Part shown: positions 1 to 8,656 of the stretch, one piece after another
Position numbering within the stretch: position 1 is the first letter of the stretch
Layout: every line of letters begins with the position of its first letter
Source of the DNA: a virus
Lineage: Duplodnaviria; Caudoviricetes
Direction: 5' to 3' (one strand)
Length of the DNA: 57,645 bases
Virus record (IMG/VR): IMGVR_UViG_3300044541_000049
Location: 1 to 57,645 of that record
Translations under genes and position numbers: made by a program
Notes under the pieces: generated by a model
Told to the model about the DNA's origin: nothing
Seen by the model: the letters and a program-made list of their open reading frames with translations, nothing else
Databases searched by the model: none

Positions 1-127
1 GGATGCCGTGAAGGCCGGACTCCAGAACGCGTACAGCAGCGCGTCCGCCTGGTCCGGCGACCGACCGAGACGCTTGCGCACATCGTCCTTGGACTCGATC
101 TTGAGCTTCCCCAGGCTGTCCATGATC
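1..127. repeat. Terminal direct repeat, identical to 57519-57645 (assembly circularisation overlap)
   Basis: Exact 127-bp identity of the two ends; the terminase ORF continues across the junction. Confidence 0.97.
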
Positions 128-1395
128 CGGTACTCGGGCGCCGTCAACTCGGCGATCGTGTCGTCGTCCACGGTGCCCAGATCCCAGCGGCGGTCGCGGC
201 TGTACTCCCGCCCGATCGTCCACCACACCTCCGCACGCAGGTTGAGGAAGCGGTCCTTGTTCGGCGCGGTGGGGCCGGCGCCGAAGTTCACCGGGACGAC
301 TTCGACCCCGTCGCCCGCGAGCACCTCCCGCAGCGACCCCACCACCGACCACCCGATGCCGACCGAGTCGACCTTGACCCGCGTGACACCCCACTCCCGC
401 AGCGTGACGGCGATCTGACCGACGCTGCGCATGGGGTCCGGGTCGCGGAACTCGATCATCCGACCGGCCTTCATCCCCCGCCGCTCGCGGACGACGGTCC
501 TGTCCCTTCCGGCGCCCAGGTCCACGCCGGCTTCCACCACGTCGCCCGCCGCGTCCGGGATGCCCAGGTAGCGGCACGCCGTCGCCGTGTCGTACGGCAC
601 CGTGGCGAACTGGGATCCCTGCTTGGGGAACTCCCCGAGAACCTTGGACTGGTAGATGGCGCTGTCCTCGCCCCACGCACGCTTGCGACCCTCGGCCCAC
701 TCCTGAGTCATCAGGACGCGGGAGGCGGCCTCGCTGACCTTCTCGCCCGTGTGGGACGGCATGTCCCATCGGCCGATGTGGATCGTGTTCCATCCGTTGC
801 CGGCCTGCGTACACGCGTCGTGGAACGGCCCGGTGGAGATGTCCGGGTTGCCGATGGCCAGCATGCGGCAGTGGCCACCGGCCATGAGGGTGATCAACGA
901 GTTCCAGATGTCGAGGCTCACACCGGACCCCTCGTCGACGACGACGAGCAGATGGGGCGCGTGGTACCCGGAGAAGGCGGCCGGCGCGTAGTCCGACGGC
1001 TTGCGGCCCAAGGCCACCAGTTGCTCGTTCAGGTACCACTCGGTCTGGTTGACGCGGCCGGGGAGGGACATCGCCTCATGGGTGGCGTTGATGTACTTCC
1101 ACAGGATGCCCTTCACCTGAGCCCCGGTGGGCGCCGTGGTGACGGCCATGGCCGTCCCGGCGGGATGGGAGTCGACCCACCATTCGACCGCCGTGGCGGC
1201 CGTATGGCTCTTGCCGGCGCTGTTGCACGAGCGAACGACGGTGTACGCGTTGTCCCGGACCGAGTCCAGGATGCGGCGTTGCCCCGACCACAGTTCGGTA
1301 CCGCCGCGTTCAAGCGCCCACGCGGTCGGATCGACGAGCCAGCGGTTGCCGGGAGGGTCCATCAGGTCGGCCGCGAGGGCGAGGGGGTCGGTCAT
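1..1395 (-). CDS. terL: Terminase large subunit, 5' part; continues at 57518-57462 (about 483 aa in total)
   Basis: Manual translation from ATG 1395: MTDPLALAADL...VRSCNSAGKSHTAA (Walker A), ...KIESKDDVRKRLGRSPDQADALLYAF (typical C-terminal nuclease motif); GGAG RBS; absent from the ORF track because it is cut by the edge. Confidence 0.92.
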   Translation of the reverse strand, partial: MTDPLALAADLMDPPGNRWLVDPTAWALERGGTELWSGQRRILDSVRDNAYTVVRSCNSAGKSHTAATAVEWWVDSHPAGTAMAVTTAPTGAQVKGILWKYINATHEAMSLPGRVNQTEWYLNEQLVALGRKPSDYAPAAFSGYHAPHLLVVVDEGSGVSLDIWNSLITLMAGGHCRMLAIGNPDISTGPFHDACTQAGNGWNTIHIGRWDMPSHTGEKVSEAASRVLMTQEWAEGRKRAWGEDSAIYQSKVLGEFPKQGSQFATVPYDTATACRYLGIPDAAGDVVEAGVDLGAGRDRTVVRERRGMKAGRMIEFRDPDPMRSVGQIAVTLREWGVTRVKVDSVGIGWSVVGSLREVLAGDGVEVVPVNFGAGPTAPNKDRFLNLRAEVWWTIGREYSRDRRWDLGTVDDDTIAELTAPEYRIMDSLGKLKIESKDDVRKRLGRSPDQADALLYAFWSPAFTAS

Positions 1396-1455
1396 TTTGG
1401 TCACACTCCGTCACATAGGTGGGGTGCCTCATCGCCCTCGAAGGTGCGTCGGTGT

Positions 1456-1595
1456 GGGTGGTGTGGGAAGTGTGCCCACTCTCGAAGCGCAACCAGGGAG
1501 TTTGTTAGCGGTCTTCGACAACCGCCGATCGGCGGTCGCGGCGCGGCGTGAAGGGTGGTGTGGGAGGTGTGCCCACTCTCGAAGTGCAACCAGGG
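1456..1595. repeat. Two 43-bp direct repeats (1456-1498, 1553-1595) containing the GGTGTGGGAAGTGTG motif
   Basis: gggtggtgtggga(a/g)gtgtgcccactctcgaag(c/t)gcaaccaggg, 2 mismatches. Confidence 0.9.
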
Positions 1596-1644
1596 GGTTT
1601 GTGTACGGGTCGCACATCGGTCCATATCGCCCACAAAGGTAACG

Positions 1645-1826
1645 TATCGGACATCGATCGGTGTGCGCGGTGTGGGAAGTGTGGGTTCTGAGACACCCTG
1701 CCCATACACCACTCTCTCTTCTCCCCCTCTAACCAACCATCCATTCCATTCCACTGACTGAGTGACACGTATGGAGAGGGTGTCTCAGAACCCACACTTC
1801 CCACACCGCGCACACCCTGTCCGATA
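1645..1826. repeat. Origin-like palindromic element, copy 1
   Basis: Perfect 40-bp inverted repeat (1660-1699 / 1777-1816) around a pyrimidine-skewed spacer; outer TATCGGACA/TGTCCGATA pair; homologous in inverted orientation to 22002-22135. Confidence 0.9.
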
Positions 1827-1830
1827 TGTC

Positions 1831-2379
1831 TTATTCGATGGCCACGGCCGTCACCTTGCGTAGCTCACGCCCTCCCCGGGCCAGGCCGGCCGTCCACGCC
1901 GCCGATCCCTCGGCCACGCCGGCGCCGAGCAGGGTCGCCCGGTGCGACGCGACCACCAACGTCGCCTGCACCTCACTGACCCTGGCCAAGCGCTCGTCGA
2001 TGCCGAGTTTGACGATCTCTCCCAGGATCCGGGCGCAGCGATCGAGCGATCGTTCGTACGCCGCCAGCTCGGCCCTGGTCTGCTCGCCCGCGCTCCCGCC
2101 GTACCGCATCGCCTTCAACGCGGCGGCCTGTCCTTCGAGCACCTCCATGAGCCGATGGGCCCTCGCCGCGACCGCCAGGAGATCGCCCAACGGATCGGTG
2201 ACCGGGCGCACCGGGTCACGGAGCGCGTCCATCCCCCGGACGGCCATGGTCTCCCTGGCGATGGCGTCGGCCCGTGGACTGGCCCCGCCGTGGATGAAGC
2301 ACACGGCCAGTCCCGGTCGCGGACTGCGCTTGCACCGGCTGCCGGACTGCTTGCTCGTCGCCGTGCACGACTCGCCCAC
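1831..2379 (-). CDS. Probable terminase small subunit (HGGxSTG-like Cys/His motif)
   Basis: GTG start with AAGGAGG RBS; CTATSKQSGSRCKR...CFIHGGAS; lies directly upstream of terL. Confidence 0.7.
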   Translation of the reverse strand: MGESCTATSKQSGSRCKRSPRPGLAVCFIHGGASPRADAIARETMAVRGMDALRDPVRPVTDPLGDLLAVAARAHRLMEVLEGQAAALKAMRYGGSAGEQTRAELAAYERSLDRCARILGEIVKLGIDERLARVSEVQATLVVASHRATLLGAGVAEGSAAWTAGLARGGRELRKVTAVAIE

Positions 2380-2510
2380 GGTCGCCTCCTTCGCTCGAAA
2401 CCCTCGACCCGTCCATGAGGGTCTGCCATGTCCCCACAATAGAACGATCACTCCACAATCGCTGTACGCCCGCCTGACGGCCTCCCACGCCGCAGGTGGG
2501 CCGGGACAGC

Positions 2511-2545
2511 GAACAGCCCCTGTGAATCGCTCACAGGGGCTGTTC
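2511..2545. terminator. Intrinsic terminator-like hairpin
   Basis: gaacagcccctgtga/tcacaggggctgttc. Confidence 0.7.
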
Positions 2546-2557
2546 CGTCGTTCCTGG

Positions 2558-2725
2558 CTACCCTTGGTGCCACTTGCTCCAGTGACGACGCGCCATCGTG
2601 CCCAACACACCCAAGTCGTACGGCGCGGTCCACGTCCTCGATCCCACGTCCGTCACGTGGGCCGGCGCGGAGAGCGTCCACCGCTTCCGCACGACCGCCA
2701 CGGTGTCCCGCGTCCACACGGCCAT
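2558..2725 (-). CDS. Hypothetical protein (55 aa)
   Basis: MAVWTRDTVAVV...; start overlaps the stop of the upstream gene. Confidence 0.55.
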   Translation of the reverse strand: MAVWTRDTVAVVRKRWTLSAPAHVTDVGSRTWTAPYDLGVLGTMARRHWSKWHQG

Positions 2726-3942
2726 CACACGTCGCCCTGCGGGTGGCACTCGATCTCGTGGGCCACGACGGCGCGGCGGACGTCGGGCGTGTGGCGTCGC
2801 GTGTACGCCACGTCGCATTCCTCGATCGAGCACTCGGCGTACGCGCCGTCCGACCCCACGGGCACGCTCTCGGTGTGGTTCCGCGCGACGTGCGCGGTCA
2901 GGGCGTCCCGGGCGTTGCCCCGGAAGACGCGCGGCATGAGGTGCCGGCCGCCGTCGGGGCACAGCGCGCACACGGGGACGAACGCCCCCGGGGCGTCCGG
3001 GACCGTGTCCACGCGTCCGTACCGCGTCGTCGGCCGCGCGGTCGTCCTCTCCTTGATCGCGTCCCGCTCCCGCGTCGCCTCGTCCCGCTCGCGGATCCGC
3101 AGCAAGGACGCCTGTACCGCCTCGCCCCGCTCCCGTGTCGCCTCCGCGACACGCCTTTCGAACATGTGTGCCCAGGGCCACAGGGCGCGGCAGGTGGAAC
3201 AGTTCGCCCGCCCCTCGTCGTACGTTTCACTGCGTCGCGCGAGGGAGTCACGCGCGAGGCCCGCACCCTCGTCGACCACGTCGCATGCCATGTACACCGT
3301 GGACGCGTCGTTCACGTCCTCGGTCCACAGGTGCCACACACCCGCTCCCGCGAACGCCTTTCCCCACGCCCATCCGGCGATCCCCTCGGCTCTGCGGCGC
3401 GGCCTCTCCCACGGGGAGTCGTCGGCCGCCCCCGTGGTCACGTCCTCGGGGACGTCGAACGCCGCCGCGATGTTCGCGAGGCACCGCTTGCGAAGCCCTC
3501 GCGTGTCGCTTACGGAGCACGCGTCGCACACCGTCCCGTTGCCCGGTCGCGTGCGGCTCGTCCCGTACGGGTTCGACAGGTCGGCCCACACTCCCCGACC
3601 GTCGCATTCACGACGCGTCCAGGTCATCCCGTGCAGCGAGGCGTCGTCCGGCGTGTGCCGGTGCCACGCGTCCCTCGTCCTCGCCCACACGACCCCGCCG
3701 TCCTTCGGCGCCGCACTCTCGCCGACCGCGTCGCATCGCGCGGCGCAGACGACGCACACCCCGCCCTCCGGGCGTTCCTTGCGCGCCTTGTTGTGGTCGC
3801 TCGCGTCGAGGCTCTTCGACGCGTCGTCACACACCCGCGTCGACCATGCGATGTACCCACGCATGTCCGCGTCGGCCGTGTGATGGAGGTGCCACACCCC
3901 CTGTCCGTCGACGACCCACCAGAAATACCGCTCGCCGTTCAT
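2725..3942 (-). CDS. Multi-zinc-finger-like hypothetical protein (405 aa)
   Basis: Repeated WH...C...CxxC modules, a coiled coil and two C-terminal C2H2-like motifs. Confidence 0.6.
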   Translation of the reverse strand: MNGERYFWWVVDGQGVWHLHHTADADMRGYIAWSTRVCDDASKSLDASDHNKARKERPEGGVCVVCAARCDAVGESAAPKDGGVVWARTRDAWHRHTPDDASLHGMTWTRRECDGRGVWADLSNPYGTSRTRPGNGTVCDACSVSDTRGLRKRCLANIAAAFDVPEDVTTGAADDSPWERPRRRAEGIAGWAWGKAFAGAGVWHLWTEDVNDASTVYMACDVVDEGAGLARDSLARRSETYDEGRANCSTCRALWPWAHMFERRVAEATRERGEAVQASLLRIRERDEATRERDAIKERTTARPTTRYGRVDTVPDAPGAFVPVCALCPDGGRHLMPRVFRGNARDALTAHVARNHTESVPVGSDGAYAECSIEECDVAYTRRHTPDVRRAVVAHEIECHPQGDV

Positions 3943-4109
3943 CGTCCGTGCCCCTCCCGGTGCTTGTTCAGCACGTCCTGTGCCGCAGCGCGTATCGCGA
4001 ACATGCGGCCCCTCAGCGATCCGCAATCCACACAGCAGGGGTGATACAGCGGACCCACCTGTATCACCCCGCTGCCGCGTCCGGGGACGGCGCACACGCA
4101 CCGCTCCAT
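3939..4109 (-). CDS. Small Cys-rich hypothetical protein
   Basis: MERCVC...CCVDC; RBS; overlaps the next gene. Confidence 0.5.
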   Translation of the reverse strand: MERCVCAVPGRGSGVIQVGPLYHPCCVDCGSLRGRMFAIRAAAQDVLNKHREGHGR

Positions 4110-4126
4110 CGGCTCTTCCCCTCGTG

Positions 4127-4579
4127 TCAGCGCAACGTCTCCGCGATCACGACCGCGTCGTCCCCGGTGATCGCGGCCGTGGCCCCGTCCAACGGAACGG
4201 CCGTGGTGTGGCCGCTGTCGCGGTACCCGTACATCGGCCCGCCGTTGAACCCGCCGAACAGCACTTCGTTCACCGCGTCGTCCGCGTTCTCGGCCCACAC
4301 GATCACGCGGCCGTACTCACCGGGCTTGCCGGCGGCGTCCGTCCTGCGGACGAGCCAGAGGCTCTTGTGAGCCGTGTCGATGTCGGTGACCGACACACCG
4401 TCGCCCACCAACTCCAACCGGCGAGTCAGGTACGCGACCGTCTTCCGCTCCGCGTCCCGCTCCTCGATCGTGCGGCGCACGATGTCGCGAGCGTCCCACG
4501 CGAGGAGCACGTCCACGACGGTGACCGGGACACCGTCGATCCTCAGGTACCCGTCCCCGTAGTGCATGCGGCCGATCAT
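4127..4579 (-). CDS. Hypothetical protein (150 aa)
   Basis: GAGGAGG RBS before MIGRMHYGDG. Confidence 0.65.
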   Translation of the reverse strand: MIGRMHYGDGYLRIDGVPVTVVDVLLAWDARDIVRRTIEERDAERKTVAYLTRRLELVGDGVSVTDIDTAHKSLWLVRRTDAAGKPGEYGRVIVWAENADDAVNEVLFGGFNGGPMYGYRDSGHTTAVPLDGATAAITGDDAVVIAETLR

Positions 4580-4688
4580 CGTCCACTCCTCCTCTTCCGT
4601 CGCTCCCACAGTTCCAGGGCCCCGGTGGCGATCAGGCTGATCACGCACGAGGCGACCGCGACCCACACGAACACCCACACGTTCGTGA

Positions 4689-5027
4689 TCACCACGCGTC
4701 CCCGTCGTCGGCCGCGATCCTGATCGCTTCCGCCGTCAGCCGATCCAACCAGCCGTACCCGGTGAACCTGCGTGACATGACGACGATGCCGTCACGCATG
4801 CGGATGGTGTGGACGTACTCCACACACCCTTCCAGGGTGAGGCAACCCAACACGATCTTGTCCAGCGTCGCTTCGTCGTCGCCCCGCTTCGACTCGAACC
4901 GGAACTCGATCGTCTCGACATCCGCGTGATCACCGCACAGTGTCTCGATCGCGTACCGGTCACCGTCCACCGGGAAGACGATCGTCTGCTTCCGCGTGTA
5001 CGCCGGCACCCTCTTGGTCTCGTTCAT
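4689..5027 (-). CDS. Hypothetical protein (112 aa)
   Basis: MNETKRVPAY; follows a promoter cassette and RBS. Confidence 0.7.
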   Translation of the reverse strand: MNETKRVPAYTRKQTIVFPVDGDRYAIETLCGDHADVETIEFRFESKRGDDEATLDKIVLGCLTLEGCVEYVHTIRMRDGIVVMSRRFTGYGWLDRLTAEAIRIAADDGDAW

Positions 5028-5106
5028 CGTGTCTTCCTCTCCCTCGTTGTCCGTACAGGTAGAGCATAGCGAGGGACCAGGGGGAGTGTCAACACCCCCT
5101 GGTCCC
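5028..5106 (-). promoter_or_regulatory. Promoter cassette, TTGACA inside a hairpin
   Basis: GGGGGTGTTGACA...TATGCT...ctacctgt...ACGAGGGAG; arms gggaccaggggg/ccccctggtccc. Confidence 0.75.
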
Positions 5107-5113
5107 CGTCGTC

Positions 5114-5368
5114 CTAGCGCTGTTCGATCGTCATGCGCACGATGTCCGCGCACCGGATCACGGCGAGACTCGTCGTCCCGGCCTCGGTCATCTCCGTGAA
5201 GTCGACGTCCCCGTGAGGAGTCGACGTCACGATCGCCCGCACGCGCTCCATCAACCGGCGCGCCTCGTCCTCGCTCCGCGCGACGAGCGTCACGCCGTCA
5301 CGCCGGCGCTTGGTGTAGATCACCAGGCACGGTTCCTTCACTCGACTCCGCCCGCCACCGAACATCAC
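5114..5368 (-). CDS. Small protein, divergent member of tandem paralog family
   Basis: ...RDGVTLV...IRCADIVRM; coupled to neighbours. Confidence 0.6.
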   Translation of the reverse strand: MMFGGGRSRVKEPCLVIYTKRRRDGVTLVARSEDEARRLMERVRAIVTSTPHGDVDFTEMTEAGTTSLAVIRCADIVRMTIEQR

Positions 5369-5556
5369 GTCACCTTCCTCACGGATCCGGCGTACACGAT
5401 CACTCGCCTTCCCTCGCGGTTGACCAACCGCGCGTACGCCGGCGCCCCGCGTCGGCCCAACGCGTCCAGGTGCTCCCGTACCGTGTCGATCTCGTCGTTG
5501 TCGCCCTCGAACACGTGGACCTGTCCGTCTCGCGTCTCCACCCGCAGCCGCTTCAC
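5365..5556 (-). CDS. Small protein, tandem paralog family (63 aa)
   Basis: VKRLRVETRDGQVHVFEG...VYAGSVRKVT; GTGA overlap. Confidence 0.7.
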   Translation of the reverse strand: MKRLRVETRDGQVHVFEGDNDEIDTVREHLDALGRRGAPAYARLVNREGRRVIVYAGSVRKVT

Positions 5557-5750
5557 GACACGCTCACGATCTCGTCCGAATAGATCTTGAGGGTCTTGCG
5601 TCCGTCGGGTGACTGGATGACCACGAACGGCCCGAGGCCGGCCGCGCAGTTCACGAACGAACGACGCAGTCCTTCCACGTCCGCCACCTCCCGCTCGGTC
5701 GCGCGGAGGACTCTTCCGTCCCGCAACGTGACCTTCAACGGCTCGGCCAT
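5553..5750 (-). CDS. Small protein, tandem paralog family (65 aa)
   Basis: MAEPLKVTLRDGRVL...IYSDEIVSVS. Confidence 0.7.
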   Translation of the reverse strand: MAEPLKVTLRDGRVLRATEREVADVEGLRRSFVNCAAGLGPFVVIQSPDGRKTLKIYSDEIVSVS

Positions 5751-5941
5751 CACTCCACACTCCTGATCTGGTCGGGCTCGAAACGGGTCAGGCCGTTGCC
5801 GGTGTGGACGATGATCGGCCGACCCTTGTCGATGGCCTCGGCCAAGTCGGCGTACAGCGCGTCCATGGCGCCCGGCTCGTTTCCCTCGAACGTGTGTGTC
5901 ACCCCGTCCGTCGTCACCACGATCACTCGACTGCGCTTCAC
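5750..5941 (-). CDS. Small protein, tandem paralog family (63 aa)
   Basis: VIVVTTDGVTHTFEG...FEPDQIRSVE. Confidence 0.7.
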   Translation of the reverse strand: MKRSRVIVVTTDGVTHTFEGNEPGAMDALYADLAEAIDKGRPIIVHTGNGLTRFEPDQIRSVE

Positions 5942-6129
5942 TCCACACTCCTGATGTCCTCGTGCCGGAACACGTGCGTGCCGCGCGCACCGTCGACGAC
6001 CACGGACGGTCCCCCACGCGCCGCAGCCGTGAACGCCGCGCGCATCTTCGCGACCCTCCGGGGATCGGGGTCGGAGAACGCGTGCACCGTTCCGTCCCGC
6101 ATCGTGACGATCACTTCGTCCTCGCTCAC
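5938..6129 (-). CDS. Small protein, tandem paralog family (63 aa)
   Basis: VIVTMRDGTVHAF...FRHEDIRSVE. Confidence 0.7.
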   Translation of the reverse strand: MSEDEVIVTMRDGTVHAFSDPDPRRVAKMRAAFTAAARGGPSVVVDGARGTHVFRHEDIRSVE

Positions 6130-6347
6130 GATCCACTCCCGAAACTCAGGACCTCACGGTCCTCGACACCGGGGGACACCTCGAACATCGTCCCCTTGCT
6201 GACCCCGTTCACCTCACGCCGCGTGGCGAGGCTCCGCGCCCACTTCACGGCGGCGTCGTAACTCTCGAACCACCCGCCGTCGGTCCCCAACCACTTGTCC
6301 GTGACCGGAGACACCCACGTGACCTTGTACTCGACTCGTCCGCTCAT
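6126..6347 (-). CDS. Hypothetical protein (73 aa)
   Basis: MSGRVEYKVTWVSP; overlapping start/stop. Confidence 0.65.
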   Translation of the reverse strand: MSGRVEYKVTWVSPVTDKWLGTDGGWFESYDAAVKWARSLATRREVNGVSKGTMFEVSPGVEDREVLSFGSGS

Positions 6348-6574
6348 CCCTCGGCCGCCCTTTTCCGCACGCCCTTGTACACGTGCCGGGTGATCAACGA
6401 CTCGGCATCGGCCCACGTGGTCACCTCGTCCACGTCGGCGACCCGAACGAACACGGTGCGCGTGGACGTGTTTCGCCACGTGACGCGGCCCGCGTATCGC
6501 TCCCGAACCTCTGCCGCACACGACCGTGTGCGGCAGAGCATGCGCACGAAGCGCCGGTTCTCTTCCGGTTCCAT
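6344..6574 (-). CDS. Hypothetical protein (76 aa)
   Basis: ORF track; operon context. Confidence 0.6.
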   Translation of the reverse strand: MEPEENRRFVRMLCRTRSCAAEVRERYAGRVTWRNTSTRTVFVRVADVDEVTTWADAESLITRHVYKGVRKRAAEG

Positions 6575-6577
6575 CCC

Positions 6578-6904
6578 TCACCCCTTGTTGATCCGTCCGG
6601 CGTAGCCGGCCCACGCGGCGTCCATGCACGCCGGGCCGGCGTGGGCGAACACGCGCCGCACCCGACCACGCCACAGGATCCACGTCGACGCGATCGACGT
6701 GCCCGCGATCCGGGCGGCCTTGGCAGCCGCTCGCCCGAAGGCCGAGGACCAGCGCTTGCGGCCGGCCTCGCTCACGCCTCGATCGATCAGGTACTCGTCG
6801 ACGATCACGAGTCCCTTGCGTGCCCTGTGGGCGCTCGCGATGACGACCACGAGCGGCGTCCGCGCATCCCGCTCGATCGCCGTCCGCATGTTCACGACGC
6901 GCAT
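6578..6904 (-). CDS. Hypothetical protein (108 aa)
   Basis: Follows a promoter cassette with GAGGGAG RBS. Confidence 0.65.
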   Translation of the reverse strand: MRVVNMRTAIERDARTPLVVVIASAHRARKGLVIVDEYLIDRGVSEAGRKRWSSAFGRAAAKAARIAGTSIASTWILWRGRVRRVFAHAGPACMDAAWAGYAGRINKG

Positions 6905-6979
6905 GAAGTGTGCTCCCTCGTTCGTTGTGCTGACAGGTACAGACTAGTGGGGGTGCCGACGTGCTGTCAACACCCCCAC
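6905..6979 (-). promoter_or_regulatory. Promoter cassette
   Basis: GGGGGTGTTGACA-N18-TAGTCT-gtacc-TGTCAGCACA-ACGAACGAGGGAG. Confidence 0.8.
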
Positions 6980-7127
6980 ATCGGCTATCGGTCACACGGT
7001 CCGGCGTGACCCTCGTCAAGGACACACGGCCACCCGAACACGCCGTCGTCCGGCGGCACCTGGCACAACCAAACGCCCCGCGCCATGGCATCGAGTACGG
7101 CGAAGATCAATCGGCCCACGCGATTGG

Positions 7128-7484
7128 TCATCGTACGTCCTTGCCGGCCGCGTCCTTCAGGGTCCAGGTGACGTCGCCGTTGTGTCGGCTGTAGCCCTTC
7201 GCCACGCCGAGTGCGGCGGACAACGCGGCCCGGTCGTCGACCGCGTCGAACACGTTGTCGCCCAGGTTCACGCCGTCGGTGCACACCATCGTCATCGTGT
7301 AGGTCTTCTTCGTCATGATCTTCTCCAGTCGTCTCGTCCTCCGCGCCCTCATGCGCAGAAGGATCTGTGCGTCGATCGGGCGTTGCCATTGGTGTGAGCC
7401 GTGCTCTTCGGTCCATCGACCGGCGTGTCCGTAGTCACCGATACCGCAACACCCGCAGGCCGACGGGTCCGGGATGTCGATCAC
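7128..7484 (-). CDS. Hypothetical protein (possible second start at 7316)
   Basis: VIDIPDPSACGCCG...MTKKTYTMTM; overlaps both neighbours. Confidence 0.55.
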   Translation of the reverse strand: MIDIPDPSACGCCGIGDYGHAGRWTEEHGSHQWQRPIDAQILLRMRARRTRRLEKIMTKKTYTMTMVCTDGVNLGDNVFDAVDDRAALSAALGVAKGYSRHNGDVTWTLKDAAGKDVR

Positions 7485-7687
7485 ACCCACGCGCCGCACG
7501 TCGCGGTGAACTCGTGGACGGTCGCGCCCTCCGGGCACCCACACTGCTCGCCGACGTGCACGTTGTCGTACGTGTTGCGGCCGGCCGCCTCGTACTGCCG
7601 AAACGCCTCGTATGCCGCGTCCCGGTCGGTGTACTCGAACAGGTCGTCGACCACGTCGCCGTCTCCATCGAACAGTCCGTATCGCAT
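7481..7687 (-). CDS. Hypothetical protein (68 aa)
   Basis: First gene from the leftward half of the palindromic promoter; GAGGAG RBS. Confidence 0.7.
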   Translation of the reverse strand: MRYGLFDGDGDVVDDLFEYTDRDAAYEAFRQYEAAGRNTYDNVHVGEQCGCPEGATVHEFTATCGAWV

Positions 7688-7833
7688 GCCGCGTCTCCTC
7701 GTGTCGTTGTGCTGACAAGGACGACGTTAAGCCATCCGACGACATATGTCAACACCCCGGGGTGTTGACATGTCCGCCGTGCCGGCCTTAGCTTCGGACA
7801 TGTCAGCACAACGACACGAGGAGACGCGGCATG
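7685..7833. promoter_or_regulatory. Back-to-back palindromic double promoter cassette
   Basis: Perfect 33-bp inverted repeat (7685-7717 / 7801-7833) ending in both ATGs; central 26-bp palindrome ATGTCAACACCCCGGGGTGTTGACAT. Confidence 0.85.
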
Positions 7834-8118
7834 GCACACACATGGGTGACGACCGTCGACAACCCCGCCATCGGGGCGGTCGCGGGATCGTTCTCCGACC
7901 CCTCGATCACGCACACCCCGAAGCACGTGGTGATCACCTACACGTACGACAAGGAAAGCCGCGTGTGGACGCCCACGTGGGCCGAGGTCACGGTCATGGT
8001 CGACACCCCCGGCAAGTCGGTGCGCGACACCTCCCGGGGGACGTTCGACCTCGTCGACGTGTACAACGTCCCCGGCTGGTTGTACACACTGGCATCCCGC
8101 TACCGCCCCACCACGTAG
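7831..8118 (+). CDS. Hypothetical protein (95 aa)
   Basis: GAGGAG RBS; promoter cassette. Confidence 0.75.
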   Translation: MAHTWVTTVDNPAIGAVAGSFSDPSITHTPKHVVITYTYDKESRVWTPTWAEVTVMVDTPGKSVRDTSRGTFDLVDVYNVPGWLYTLASRYRPTT

Positions 8119-8130
8119 GGAGACACGATC

Positions 8131-8604
8131 ATGCTCATCTCGACAGGGCCCCTGGTTGCCCACGCGACGATGGAGTTGTTCACGCACGCGCCGTGGAAGC
8201 ACGACCAACGCGTGTGGATGGACGCGGAGTACGACTACGACGACGTGCGCCTGACCGGGTGCGTCGGGGCGTGGGCGGCCGTGCTCGCGGGGACGGTGGA
8301 GTGGCGTGACTGGGACGATCGCACCCAAGAGGGCGGGCTGACGCACGTGGCTGACGGGTCGCAGGTGTGCGCCGACGACGACCGGTGGTTCGAGTGGGGC
8401 CGCGCCGCGCTCGACATCACGCCCTCGCTGGCCGACTCGCTGTTCGCCGCATGGGTCGGACACCACGCGGCGATCGAGGCCCTGAGGGACCTCGTCGACA
8501 AGGTCGACGAGGAGACGATCCGTCGGCGTCTGGACCGCACGATCGTTCGTGTTCCCGGCACCCGGCTCCACCTCCGCAACCCTCGCGGCTACCGCCGCAA
8601 CTGA
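8131..8604 (+). CDS. Hypothetical protein (157 aa)
   Basis: GGGAG RBS; followed by a hairpin. Confidence 0.7.
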   Translation: MLISTGPLVAHATMELFTHAPWKHDQRVWMDAEYDYDDVRLTGCVGAWAAVLAGTVEWRDWDDRTQEGGLTHVADGSQVCADDDRWFEWGRAALDITPSLADSLFAAWVGHHAAIEALRDLVDKVDEETIRRRLDRTIVRVPGTRLHLRNPRGYRRN

Positions 8605-8620
8605 CCCCACAAGAGCACGA

Positions 8621-8656
8621 GAACGAGCCCCCACCGTGATGGTGAGGGGCTCGTTC
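8621..8656. terminator. Terminator-like hairpin between convergent units
   Basis: gaacgagcccccacc/ggtgaggggctcgttc. Confidence 0.65.

Noticed and set aside
1826-3883. 685-aa plus-strand ORF and similar long antisense ORFs (e.g. 15193-17049, 17266-19020, 36393-37637)
   Set aside because: They are shadow frames of well-supported opposite-strand genes in high-GC DNA and show no motifs.
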